Below the pieces are notes generated by a model. That model saw nothing but the letters and a program-made list of their open reading frames with translations. It did no database searches and was not told the origin of the DNA. This document shows, piece after piece, positions 1-8,161 of a stretch of 64,000 bases of DNA (within the stretch, counting starts at the first letter, position 1; each line of letters starts with the position of its first letter). Position numbers and translations under genes: made by a program. The stretch comes from a virus: IMG/VR virus record IMGVR_UViG_3300027852_000039, positions 11,761 through 75,760 of that record. One strand, given 5' to 3'.

Positions 1-1
1 C

Positions 2-139
2 AGCGACGGCGACGGCGAACTCGAACTTACGTGGGAAGGGATCTCTGTTGAGAAGAGCGGACAAGCTCTCATCGAATGGTTGAAACAGAGCGGACGTGTC
101 TGTACGTGTCCGCAGAAAGGAGCGTCTATGGTCGACTGA
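2..139 (+). CDS. hypothetical protein, 3' end only
   Basis: Open frame from window edge (SDGDGELELTWEG...SMVD) to TGA at 137-139. Confidence 0.45.
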   Translation, partial: SDGDGELELTWEGISVEKSGQALIEWLKQSGRVCTCPQKGASMVD

Positions 140-227
140 CTCAGTGACGCAGCGACGACAGGGAATCAAGAAGGTAGGGGAGGTTGAATCTTTAGACGGG
201 TGGGTTTGGTGGGACAAAGGAGAAACC

Positions 228-806
228 ATGACGAAAAAGAAAGATGGAAAGATCACCGAAAAGGAACAGATTCCTGGAGAGAAGCTCAACTTCATGACGA
301 CTGTTCTCGGAAACGGAATCGCGGATATGCTTTTTCTATTCGAACAGAAAACAGGAGTCGAAGTTCTCGCGCTGGATATTCACAGAAGAAGAGGACGGAC
401 GTGTAATCATTGCCAAATGCGAAACATCAAAATCGTGGTCCACGTTCACACAAACTATCCGGGACGATTAGATCCGGACAACGTTCCTCGTGAACATCGC
501 CATCTCGTCAACGTAGATCTCGAACGGAAGATGGTAAAAAAGATCGTCCGAAGACGAGAAAAGAGTTCGTTCTCATCGGGTACACGGAAAAGGAGAAGGC
601 GAGGCTCCGACGCGCAATCGTGGCGGCGTCGAATCAGGGATACACGGAAACTCCAGAAGAAATGGGGCGATGTCTTGACAAGGAACGGGTTCTCGCGCTC
701 GCCGTTCGGAAGGAGGTCGGGATGTGTCTTGGGCGATTCAGGAATCGGACGAAAGATTTCGCGTGGATTGAAGCAATCCGAGATGCGAACGGACGCCATA
801 GAATGA
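228..806 (+). CDS. hypothetical protein (3' end uncertain, overlaps next gene)
   Basis: AGGAG RBS before ATG 228; Arg-rich tail overlaps ORF 662-919. Confidence 0.55.
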   Translation: MTKKKDGKITEKEQIPGEKLNFMTTVLGNGIADMLFLFEQKTGVEVLALDIHRRRGRTCNHCQMRNIKIVVHVHTNYPGRLDPDNVPREHRHLVNVDLERKMVKKIVRRREKSSFSSGTRKRRRRGSDAQSWRRRIRDTRKLQKKWGDVLTRNGFSRSPFGRRSGCVLGDSGIGRKISRGLKQSEMRTDAIE

Positions 807-919
807 ACCTCGAAGCGCTCGTAAAAGAACTCGGACATCTCAAATGGTCGATCGAAAGTTATCTTGAGGACCAGGGAGCCGAGATTCAACGCAGGATCGT
901 ATTGGAGGGGGGCACATGA
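662..919 (+). CDS. hypothetical protein, paralog of 916-1158
   Basis: FRNRTKDFAWIEAIRDANG...LVKELGHLKWSIE aligns without gaps to MRQKVRSYAFVQDYIDQNG...VLRELCYLQWAME; start uncertain. Confidence 0.65.
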   Translation: MGRCLDKERVLALAVRKEVGMCLGRFRNRTKDFAWIEAIRDANGRHRMNLEALVKELGHLKWSIESYLEDQGAEIQRRIVLEGGT

Positions 920-1158
920 ACAAGACACTCGAAACCCTCGTCGACGTCGTCAAAGACCTAGAATTCATGAGACAGAAGGTTCGGTCCTATGCGTTCGTTC
1001 AAGACTACATCGATCAGAACGGGGTTCCGATGGTTACTGTTGAGAGCGTGCTCCGAGAACTCTGTTATCTTCAATGGGCGATGGAGTTCGTTCTCGTTCA
1101 ACAGGGAATCACAATCAAGAGGGAGCTTCTTGTCGAGGAAACCGAGGAGACTTTTTGA
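916..1158 (+). CDS. hypothetical protein
   Basis: GGAGG RBS, ATGA overlap with upstream gene, paralog upstream. Confidence 0.75.
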   Translation: MNKTLETLVDVVKDLEFMRQKVRSYAFVQDYIDQNGVPMVTVESVLRELCYLQWAMEFVLVQQGITIKRELLVEETEETF

Positions 1159-1988
1159 TGAACAAGACGGGGATAGAGTGGGCGACCAAGACGGTGAATC
1201 CGATCGTAGGATGTACAGAGATCTCTGAAGCGTGCGAGAATTGCTACGCGAGATTTTGGGCTTATCGACAGTACAGGATCTCGAAGGCGCTCGACGAACA
1301 TGTTCGAGCGGCGCGATACAAGAAGACCGTCACGGAGAAGGGAAGAGCATGGACGGGACATCTGTCGTGGTTTCCCGAGCGATTGTCCGACATGAGGAAG
1401 CGGACGAAAGGAAAGAGAGAGCACGTGTTCGTCGGGTCGCTTACGGACCTGTTCCACAAGAACGTCGAGGACGAATGGAGAGACAAGATCTTCAGCGCGA
1501 TCCGTCAATCTCCGGGGAACACGTACATGATCCTCACGAAGCGAGAGCGCGCGATGCAAAGGTACTGGAAGAGCTTGAAGGAAAAGGAGCGTCCTCGGAA
1601 CCTATGGTTAGGAGTGACCGCAGAAAACCAGAAGCGCGCGGATCAACGGATTCCTGTCTTGCTCTCTCTTCCGGGAGTGTCCATGTACTTCGTGAGCGGA
1701 GAACCTCTCCTTGAGGATGTCGACTGGCGTCCGTATCTTGCGAAACGCTTGCGCGGACTGCGAAGCGGGGGATCCACGCACGACTGCGATCCAGGCGCGC
1801 GCGTGAATTGGTTGATCGTGGGAGCGGAGACGGGATCGAACAAGCGAGAATTCCGGGTCGAATGGGGATACTCGTCGCTCGCGCAAGCGAGGAACGCGGG
1901 GATCCCGTTCTTCTTCAAAGGGATGAGAGGACGGAAAGATCCTCCGAAGGATCTACTCGTCCGGGAATTTCCGAAGGTGAGAAAATGA
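1158..1988 (+). CDS. DUF5131 family protein (phage Gp37/Gp68-like)
   Basis: TGIEWATKTVNPIVGCTEISEACENCYA, VFVGSLTDLFH, ILTKR, NLWLGVTAENQ, FVSGEPLL, WLIVGAETG, IPFFFK motifs. Confidence 0.92.
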   Translation: MNKTGIEWATKTVNPIVGCTEISEACENCYARFWAYRQYRISKALDEHVRAARYKKTVTEKGRAWTGHLSWFPERLSDMRKRTKGKREHVFVGSLTDLFHKNVEDEWRDKIFSAIRQSPGNTYMILTKRERAMQRYWKSLKEKERPRNLWLGVTAENQKRADQRIPVLLSLPGVSMYFVSGEPLLEDVDWRPYLAKRLRGLRSGGSTHDCDPGARVNWLIVGAETGSNKREFRVEWGYSSLAQARNAGIPFFFKGMRGRKDPPKDLLVREFPKVRK

Positions 1989-2254
1989 GAATGAACAACA
2001 GAAGAGGAACGAGCGTGGGAAAGAAACCCATTCGTGCGAAGATCGAGACGTGTCCGACTTGTGAGGGGAAAGGAAAGATCAGCGTTATCGCGACAGAGAG
2101 TCTTCGCGAGATGCGCGAGTCGCGGGGGATCACGATGACCGAGGTTGCGCGGCGCTTGAAGCTCTCACTCCCTTACCTCTCAGACGTTGAAAAGGGGAAC
2201 CGTCAACCAACAAGAAAGATCCTGGATATGTATAGGGAGATCGAAAGGCAATGA
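1985..2254 (+). CDS. XRE-family HTH regulator with CxxC motif
   Basis: CPTCEGKG then LREMRESRGITMTEVARRLKLSLPYLSDVEKGNR. Confidence 0.85.
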   Translation: MRMNNRRGTSVGKKPIRAKIETCPTCEGKGKISVIATESLREMRESRGITMTEVARRLKLSLPYLSDVEKGNRQPTRKILDMYREIERQ

Positions 2255-2418
2255 CACAAACAAGGCAATCGCTGCAATTCGAGGACGTCGTTAAAGTCAC
2301 TCTGGAGATGTCAAGGGGAGACAAGCTCGAGCTTAAGCCCGCGCGATGTAGAGGGGAACTATCTTGTATGACGGACACAAGAGAATTCTTCACCATACCT
2401 GTGATCTTGAACTCTTGA
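2251..2418 (+). CDS. small hypothetical protein (55 aa)
   Basis: ATGA overlap at 2251; fills gap between genes; below ORF-track cutoff. Confidence 0.45.
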   Translation: MTQTRQSLQFEDVVKVTLEMSRGDKLELKPARCRGELSCMTDTREFFTIPVILNS

Positions 2419-2448
2419 GAGAGAAAGACGACGAACTTCGGGAGAGAC

Positions 2449-2946
2449 ATGGACGGATCTGAACTAAACGATGTTTGCTTCTTCTGTGAAGTGGAGAAGA
2501 AGTCCCGAATCGATGGTCGGAAGAAGATCATTCACAAGGGGATCGACACGGAGAGACTGAAGTTTCCGAGCGGAGATCTCGAAAGAGCTTTCGCGAGGCT
2601 ATGGGAAAAACAGAACAAGCGTCGTCCAGGCTTGAACTACGGAATGGGGACACTTCAAGATCTCATGGTTCGACGAAGCGAGTCCGCTCCGTACGGTCAT
2701 TCGGTCCCGTATTGGATAACGCAGAGGGAAGCGACGATCGTCGCGACTATCATTCAGTGGCTCGGAACGAATTGTGGGTTCGCCTTTCTGTGTCAAGCGC
2801 TTGGAGATTGCGATATTCACGTCGAGAGCACGGAAGCTTATAACGAGAGACTCAAAAAGACCAACAGGAAGTTCCGAGAAGCAGAGGAGCATAAACGAAC
2901 GCGGACGCGACGAGTCGTCCGTCCAGGAGGAGCGAGCGATGAGTAA
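2449..2946 (+). CDS. hypothetical protein with C-terminal TRRVVRP motif
   Basis: GGGAG RBS; ATIIQWLGTNCGFAFL segment typical of small phage proteins. Confidence 0.8.
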   Translation: MDGSELNDVCFFCEVEKKSRIDGRKKIIHKGIDTERLKFPSGDLERAFARLWEKQNKRRPGLNYGMGTLQDLMVRRSESAPYGHSVPYWITQREATIVATIIQWLGTNCGFAFLCQALGDCDIHVESTEAYNERLKKTNRKFREAEEHKRTRTRRVVRPGGASDE

Positions 2947-3151
2947 GAAGGGAGAAGACACTCCGATAACGATGCAAGTGAAGGAGTCAGATCTTCGTAT
3001 GATTCAGAGTAAATGTAACGAGATCCTTCATCCATCTTGTGCGTGGAACAAAGATCCGCTGAAGACAGCGGAGCAAGCGATCGAGAACATGAAGGCGTCG
3101 GCAATAACGATCCTACAGACTGTAACGAGGATATTTCCCAGCCGTGCCTAG
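2939..3151 (+). CDS. hypothetical protein
   Basis: GGAGG RBS, overlap coupling. Confidence 0.65.
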   Translation: MSKKGEDTPITMQVKESDLRMIQSKCNEILHPSCAWNKDPLKTAEQAIENMKASAITILQTVTRIFPSRA

Positions 3152-3356
3152 CGAAACGTACATGAGGGTTTCAAGAATCGTGGGATGGAGCGAGAAAGAA
3201 ATCTATAATTATCCTCTGATCGATCGAGTTCGGAGCGAGAAGGATATGACGAAGTTTCTTCGATGGCATCGCTTCTTGAGACATCCGAGGACGGAGGAAG
3301 AGGAAGAGATCATCGCAATCATAAAAGAAAAGCTGGAGGATCTGTGGAATGACTAA
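3144..3356 (+). CDS. hypothetical protein
   Basis: Coupled ORF, GTG start. Confidence 0.6.
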   Translation: MPSETYMRVSRIVGWSEKEIYNYPLIDRVRSEKDMTKFLRWHRFLRHPRTEEEEEIIAIIKEKLEDLWND

Positions 3357-3633
3357 AAAGCGCAAAAAGGAAGAGAGAAGAGGAAAGCCCGTGTTCGCTA
3401 TTTCACAAGTGGATGACCTTCTGAAGGATGGATATGTTCAAGACTGTCCGTTCTCGATAAATGAGCGCCCTTGTGGAAACTGGTGTCCGTTCTTCGAGAA
3501 GCTCATGGAGCCGACGCGCGGGCTGATCATAATCTTCAATTGCAACGAGTCCATCAGTGGCACCTTCCAGGTCGATATTTCGGAAAGCGAGACTCCGAAG
3601 ATCGGGAAGGAAGCGGAGGAACCCAAACAGTGA
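3349..3633 (+). CDS. hypothetical Cys-cluster protein
   Basis: GGAGG RBS; CPF...CGNWCPFF motif. Confidence 0.65.
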   Translation: MTKKRKKEERRGKPVFAISQVDDLLKDGYVQDCPFSINERPCGNWCPFFEKLMEPTRGLIIIFNCNESISGTFQVDISESETPKIGKEAEEPKQ

Positions 3634-4208
3634 GGATTTGTGCAATTGATACGGATACGCGCTCCCCCGGTTACGCGATTTTCGACGGTGTCAAGTGTAT
3701 CGAACATGGAATCATCCCGCTCAAGAGAGGGAATCGAATCAGAGATGTCTTCGCAAAGTGGATGCTGGACCTTGTGTCTCGATCTGATATTCTGGTCATA
3801 GAGGATCAGTTCATCCCGAAGAAGAAACCGAATGTCGCGAAGTCGATGTTGTACCTTGCGGCGGCGAGAGGGAAGCTCGAACTCTTTTTCGAACTGGAAG
3901 GGAAGCGCGTCGTTCGCTTGATGGCGTTCAAGTGGCAGAGCGATGTTCTGTGGACGACCGCGCGGAAAAACAAACCCTGGATGAACCGGGAGGAAGCGGA
4001 GCGACGGACGAAGATGGTCGCGGAGGAGATCGTCGGAGGGGGGGTCACGAACGCGGACGTCGCGAGCGCGATCTGTATCGGGAGCTATTTCGCGAGACTC
4101 TATCAGGTCCACGGGGATCTCGCGCTCGATATAGCGACACAGTCGAAGAAGAAAACCAAGGTGAGCGCAACGAAAAGGGGTCAAACAAGAGGAGGAAAGA
4201 AAAGATGA
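3630..4208 (+). CDS. RuvC-like Holliday junction resolvase
   Basis: ICAIDTDTRSPGYAIF, LVIEDQF, W in MAFKWQ, NADVASAICIG; RNase H-fold motif order. Confidence 0.75.
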   Translation: MRICAIDTDTRSPGYAIFDGVKCIEHGIIPLKRGNRIRDVFAKWMLDLVSRSDILVIEDQFIPKKKPNVAKSMLYLAAARGKLELFFELEGKRVVRLMAFKWQSDVLWTTARKNKPWMNREEAERRTKMVAEEIVGGGVTNADVASAICIGSYFARLYQVHGDLALDIATQSKKKTKVSATKRGQTRGGKKR

Positions 4209-4651
4209 GTACGAAAACCCTCAGACAAGAATGGACATTCTTACACACGATTCTCGTGACGATGGCGGCGCTTATTAGCGTTCTGTTGCTTTTTCAGGGA
4301 CGCGTCTCGGGAGCGGATATCGAAGCGTGGGTTACTCCGGGGGAACCGTTCAATATTGGGTGGGCGGCGGCGAATCCTCCGGGAGATGGATACGAGGTCG
4401 AGCGATCGATGAACGGCGCAGCATGGGCGCTCCTTGGACAGACGACCGAGCAAGCTCAGTTCACGGAGATGCTCACCGGAGGAGCGGCGCAGTACAAGGT
4501 CAAAGCGTACAACCTGATTTCGTACACGGATCTCGACGGGACGCACGAGTCGAGACAGTACGGACCTTATTCAGAGATCTCTTTGACGTTCATCGCGGGA
4601 GAGGAACCCGAAGAGCCTGGACCTTGCGGAAGACCCGGACTTCTCCAATAG
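4205..4651 (+). CDS. exported fibronectin type III-like protein
   Basis: N-terminal hydrophobic signal-like segment; W..GYEVER..W..YKVKAYN..GPYSE FN3 pattern. Confidence 0.7.
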   Translation: MSTKTLRQEWTFLHTILVTMAALISVLLLFQGRVSGADIEAWVTPGEPFNIGWAAANPPGDGYEVERSMNGAAWALLGQTTEQAQFTEMLTGGAAQYKVKAYNLISYTDLDGTHESRQYGPYSEISLTFIAGEEPEEPGPCGRPGLLQ

Positions 4652-4663
4652 GAGGGAGATCGA

Positions 4664-5125
4664 ATGCCCGATCCCGGATCCATTCCTCCGTTCGAGATCT
4701 ACGTTGACGAGATGGCGATGTTCACGAGGAACGTTGTCCGGATCTACGTGAAGGTCAGAGCGAACTATTCCCTCGGGATGATCTCAAACCCGGACGTCAT
4801 TGAAGCGAACAAGGAACACCTTCTCCGACCGGACGGGAAGGGAGAGTTTGAAGTCGTCCCCTACGATCAGACGATGGTCAGAACGATCGACGAGAACGAT
4901 TACTTCCTGGACATCCCTCGTCCGTTATTCGAGCATCTTCTCGAAGCGATGCTGAAGTATGCGAAGAGGAACGGAATCGAACCCGATTCTCTTGCGGACC
5001 TGAAAGCGACACTGAGGGCGAAGGAAGAACATCTCGAAGACTTCCGGAATCTCGTTCAACAGAAGTTCAACATCACGCTTCCTCAACGTCGTGTCGTGAG
5101 GGGAGGTTCTGAGAATGGAAAGTGA
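4664..5125 (+). CDS. hypothetical protein with C-terminal QRRVVRG motif
   Basis: GGAGG RBS; KEEHLEDFRNLV helix. Confidence 0.75.
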   Translation: MPDPGSIPPFEIYVDEMAMFTRNVVRIYVKVRANYSLGMISNPDVIEANKEHLLRPDGKGEFEVVPYDQTMVRTIDENDYFLDIPRPLFEHLLEAMLKYAKRNGIEPDSLADLKATLRAKEEHLEDFRNLVQQKFNITLPQRRVVRGGSENGK

Positions 5126-5525
5126 TCGAGAATACATCGACATCGAGGTCGTCATGGACTGGAGCGATCCGGGTCCGGAGGGGATGTCTGTTCGTCCTGG
5201 AGCGCTGAAGGTCGACGAGTACATGAAGAACTCCGTCGTTCTTTCGAGCTTCGATGTGAGGACTCCTCCGGTCGGAAAGACGACGGAGATCGAGTTCGGT
5301 GAGGACGGGAAGTGTCGGATCAAGATGAAGATCGAACGCACGTACGCGGAAGCGATCCTCGAAGGCGCGATGTTTGCGAACCCTGGATTCATCGCGAAGA
5401 AGTGGACCGAGAAGGACGACGGGACGAAGGAGTACGAAGAGGGCGATCTTCTCTCCATTGGACTCGTCGCGAAACCTCCCGCTGAGAGTCAAGACAATGG
5501 CGAAGATCCCGGATCTAAAGGCTAA
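5115..5525 (+). CDS. catalytically inactive HK97 prohead-protease-like protein
   Basis: Aligns to 39900-41423 protease (EYMKNSVVLSSFD vs EFMKNPVLLQMHD; GFIAKKWTE vs GFIPNSWTE) but lacks His/Ser/Glu. Confidence 0.75.
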   Translation: MESDREYIDIEVVMDWSDPGPEGMSVRPGALKVDEYMKNSVVLSSFDVRTPPVGKTTEIEFGEDGKCRIKMKIERTYAEAILEGAMFANPGFIAKKWTEKDDGTKEYEEGDLLSIGLVAKPPAESQDNGEDPGSKG

Positions 5526-5880
5526 GGTTGACGTGTCGTTGTCCGAACAGTTGAAGATTTTTGTTGAGATAATGAGGGCGTTCGGGATCTCGACAGTGGA
5601 TGCGGCGAAGAACTTCGAAGAGTTCGGGAAAGCGATGAAGAAGATTCAGCCGAAGAACCCGGACGCGGTTGAGATGGATCTCCCCCCTTACGATGACGGT
5701 CTTTCGGATTTCTGCAAGAACACGGTCGCGATAGGAGAACAGGGAAAACCGCAACAGGTCACGAGCTGGAAGGCCACGATCGGACCGACCGGAAGATTTC
5801 CCGCGACCTTCCCGATGGAAGCATCCAAAGGAAGCGACGGATTGTACAACCCACAAACGGAAAAGAAGGAGGAGTCGAAG

Positions 5881-7122
5881 ATGAATGTTGAGTTTTCACG
5901 CGACGTACTCGAAGAAAAACTCTCATACGCGAGGGTCTTCACAGAAGCAAAGGGATCGATGCAACGACTCGACGCGGTCCTCTGTGAAGCGAAGAAGCTG
6001 GAGGGAGGAAGAACCGTCCTTCAGATCACAACGACAAACCTTGAGACGTCCTATGTCGGTCTAGTCGACTGCGATGTGAAGGAGGAGGGGACGGTCTGTC
6101 TCAACGCTGCGAAGCTTCTCGATATTGTGAAGACGTTGAACCGAGAAGCGGCGGCGTCTCTCACCGTGACGAAGAAGGATCCGGAGACGGTCCTCCTGAA
6201 GAGCGGTCGATCGAAGTTCAAGCTGAAACTGTTTCCTCCGGAGGAGTTCCCGAAGCTCTCGAAGGTCAAGTACACGGAGGGGATCCCGATCAACCCGTTC
6301 ACGCTGTCGAGAGCAATCCGGAAAGCGAAGAAGGGAACGTCCAAACAGTTACAGACGGGTCGGGTCGGACTGGAGTCTCTTCTCTTCCGGTTCGAGGGAA
6401 AAGACTTGAAGAAGCTCTTTCTCGTGAATGTCGGGACGGACGGTCATCGTTTGGCATACGTGAGGAACAAGATCCCTCTCGACGAATCTCAGATCGCTTC
6501 ACAAGAGCTTCCTCCCTGGATCAAGGGAGCGGAGGACGGAAAAGCGCGAGAGTACGTTCTTCCGATCTCAGGACTCCTTCAGCTTGAGAGGGTCGTCACG
6601 GACTATCTGTCGTCACTGAAGGAGGGAGACGAGGAGATTCCGGTCGAGGTTGCTCCGGATGAAGAAACCCGAGCGATTGCGTTCGCGATCAACGACTCGA
6701 TTCTTCATCTTCAATGTATCAACATGATGTATCCGGATTTCGAGGCGATCAGGAAGCACGAGTTCGGTGTGACGCTCCACGTGGATCTCCCGCAAATATC
6801 GGCGGCGCTGAAGCGGGTTGCGGTCCTCACAGATTCCAAGCATCGCGAGGTCACGCTGAAGGCGAGATCGACCGAGCTTGATATGAAACACGTCAGCGCG
6901 GAGATCGGAGAAGCTCAGGACACGGTCGCTTGTGAACTCATGGGGGAACCGTGGGAACTGAACTTCAACGTTACGTATCTCCGAGAAGGCGTCCAGGGGA
7001 TCGCGGAGGAGGAGGACGTCTTGATCGAGATCGCGGAGGGAGGAAAACCCGTCCGGATCCGGGGATCGAAAAATGCGTACGCGGACGAGTTCGAGTATAT
7101 CTTGATGCCGCTCAGGATATAG
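5881..7122 (+). CDS. dnaN: DNA polymerase III beta sliding clamp (in-frame upstream extension possible from ATG 5497)
   Basis: TTNLE, AAKLLDIVKTL, KSGRSKFKL, EEFPKL, GTDGHRLA, YPDFE, FNVTYL, YILMPLR; strong AAGGAGGAG RBS before 5881. Confidence 0.93.
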   Translation: MNVEFSRDVLEEKLSYARVFTEAKGSMQRLDAVLCEAKKLEGGRTVLQITTTNLETSYVGLVDCDVKEEGTVCLNAAKLLDIVKTLNREAAASLTVTKKDPETVLLKSGRSKFKLKLFPPEEFPKLSKVKYTEGIPINPFTLSRAIRKAKKGTSKQLQTGRVGLESLLFRFEGKDLKKLFLVNVGTDGHRLAYVRNKIPLDESQIASQELPPWIKGAEDGKAREYVLPISGLLQLERVVTDYLSSLKEGDEEIPVEVAPDEETRAIAFAINDSILHLQCINMMYPDFEAIRKHEFGVTLHVDLPQISAALKRVAVLTDSKHREVTLKARSTELDMKHVSAEIGEAQDTVACELMGEPWELNFNVTYLREGVQGIAEEEDVLIEIAEGGKPVRIRGSKNAYADEFEYILMPLRI

Positions 7123-7140
7123 CGGCGCGGAGGAACAGAG

Positions 7141-7575
7141 ATGTCTGAAGAGAAGAGGGAGAAGCGCTTCAAGGTCTGGAAGGTGTCCACGATCGCGGCG
7201 GGTCTGTTCTTTTGGGGGATCCTTATTCTGTGGGGATACTCGGTCATAAGAATGGCGATCGCGGTTACGCTCGAAGAAACGCTCTCTGAGAGGACGATCT
7301 TCTTTCTGTTGGGTCAAGGGTCTATCATCTCCTTGCTGGTCCTTTTTGTTGGGACTCCGTTCGCGTGGCGGCGCTTCAAGAAGTGGCGCGCGTGGAGAAG
7401 GCGAATCATCAAGGACGATCGCCCTCCCACGGTCCAGGAGATTCATGAAGCGATGCTTGACGCGATCGAACGTCTGACGGGCCGGCGACCGAACACGACC
7501 GAGATCCAGTTCCCCGGAACACCTCCGGAGTTCCTTCCGAAGTTCAATCCAGGACCGCCATATGGGAGTGCATAA
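7141..7575 (+). CDS. membrane protein (2 TM)
   Basis: Two hydrophobic segments; GGAGG RBS. Confidence 0.75.
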   Translation: MSEEKREKRFKVWKVSTIAAGLFFWGILILWGYSVIRMAIAVTLEETLSERTIFFLLGQGSIISLLVLFVGTPFAWRRFKKWRAWRRRIIKDDRPPTVQEIHEAMLDAIERLTGRRPNTTEIQFPGTPPEFLPKFNPGPPYGSA

Positions 7576-7589
7576 AGGAGGACCAGGAA

Positions 7590-7886
7590 ATGAAGAAGCA
7601 CGAATTGAAGACGGACCCGATCGTGTTCGCGGAGACGTGGTCGGGAAAGAAGAACTTCGAGGTCCGCGTGAACGATCGAGACTTCCAGGTCGGAGACGCT
7701 CTCGATCTTTGGGAGACGAGCTTTACGGGCGAGGAGATGAAGAAAGGGTCGTCTCTCATCTATACGGGGAGATACATCGAGGTCGAGGTCGAGTACATCC
7801 TTCACGGTCCGATCTATGGACTCGCGGAGGGATGGGTCATCATGGCGACACGGTTCATCACGAGAGGAACGAAGGATCGCAAATAG
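7590..7886 (+). CDS. DUF3850 / ASCH-PUA-like domain protein
   Basis: HELKT..F...SGKKNFEVRVNDRDFQVGD.L.LWE...YTGR. Confidence 0.88.
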   Translation: MKKHELKTDPIVFAETWSGKKNFEVRVNDRDFQVGDALDLWETSFTGEEMKKGSSLIYTGRYIEVEVEYILHGPIYGLAEGWVIMATRFITRGTKDRK

Positions 7887-7897
7887 GAGGATTGATC

Positions 7898-8161
7898 ATG
7901 GATCCTGAAACCTTCTGGACGAAGTTTCTTCCGGGAGTTCTTACAGTCCTCTTCCTGATTTGGGTTCTGTGGTACGTGGGGATCGACTTGCTAAGATGTT
8001 ACCTTCGACGGCGACGGTTGATCTGTCCGAAGTGTAAGCATCGAGGAAGCGATGGAGGAGGGAACCCCTATTGCGAAGCGCTCGACAGGAAGCTGTACGA
8101 GTACGTCGAGCGATGTTGTAGCTTCGAACGGGGACGAGGGAGGTACGGTCGGATATGCTAG
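7898..8161 (+). CDS. membrane-anchored Cys-rich protein
   Basis: N-terminal TM, CPKC..C..CC; GGAGG RBS. Confidence 0.65.
   Translation: MDPETFWTKFLPGVLTVLFLIWVLWYVGIDLLRCYLRRRRLICPKCKHRGSDGGGNPYCEALDRKLYEYVERCCSFERGRGRYGRIC

Noticed and set aside
3900-3922. KRVVRL in the RuvC-like protein as another tag copy
   Set aside because: Internal, in a core beta-strand of the fold, and does not match RR..RP
5775-5815. IGPTGRFPATFP resembling the PolA TGRLSS motif
   Set aside because: Too short and degenerate; no other polymerase motifs
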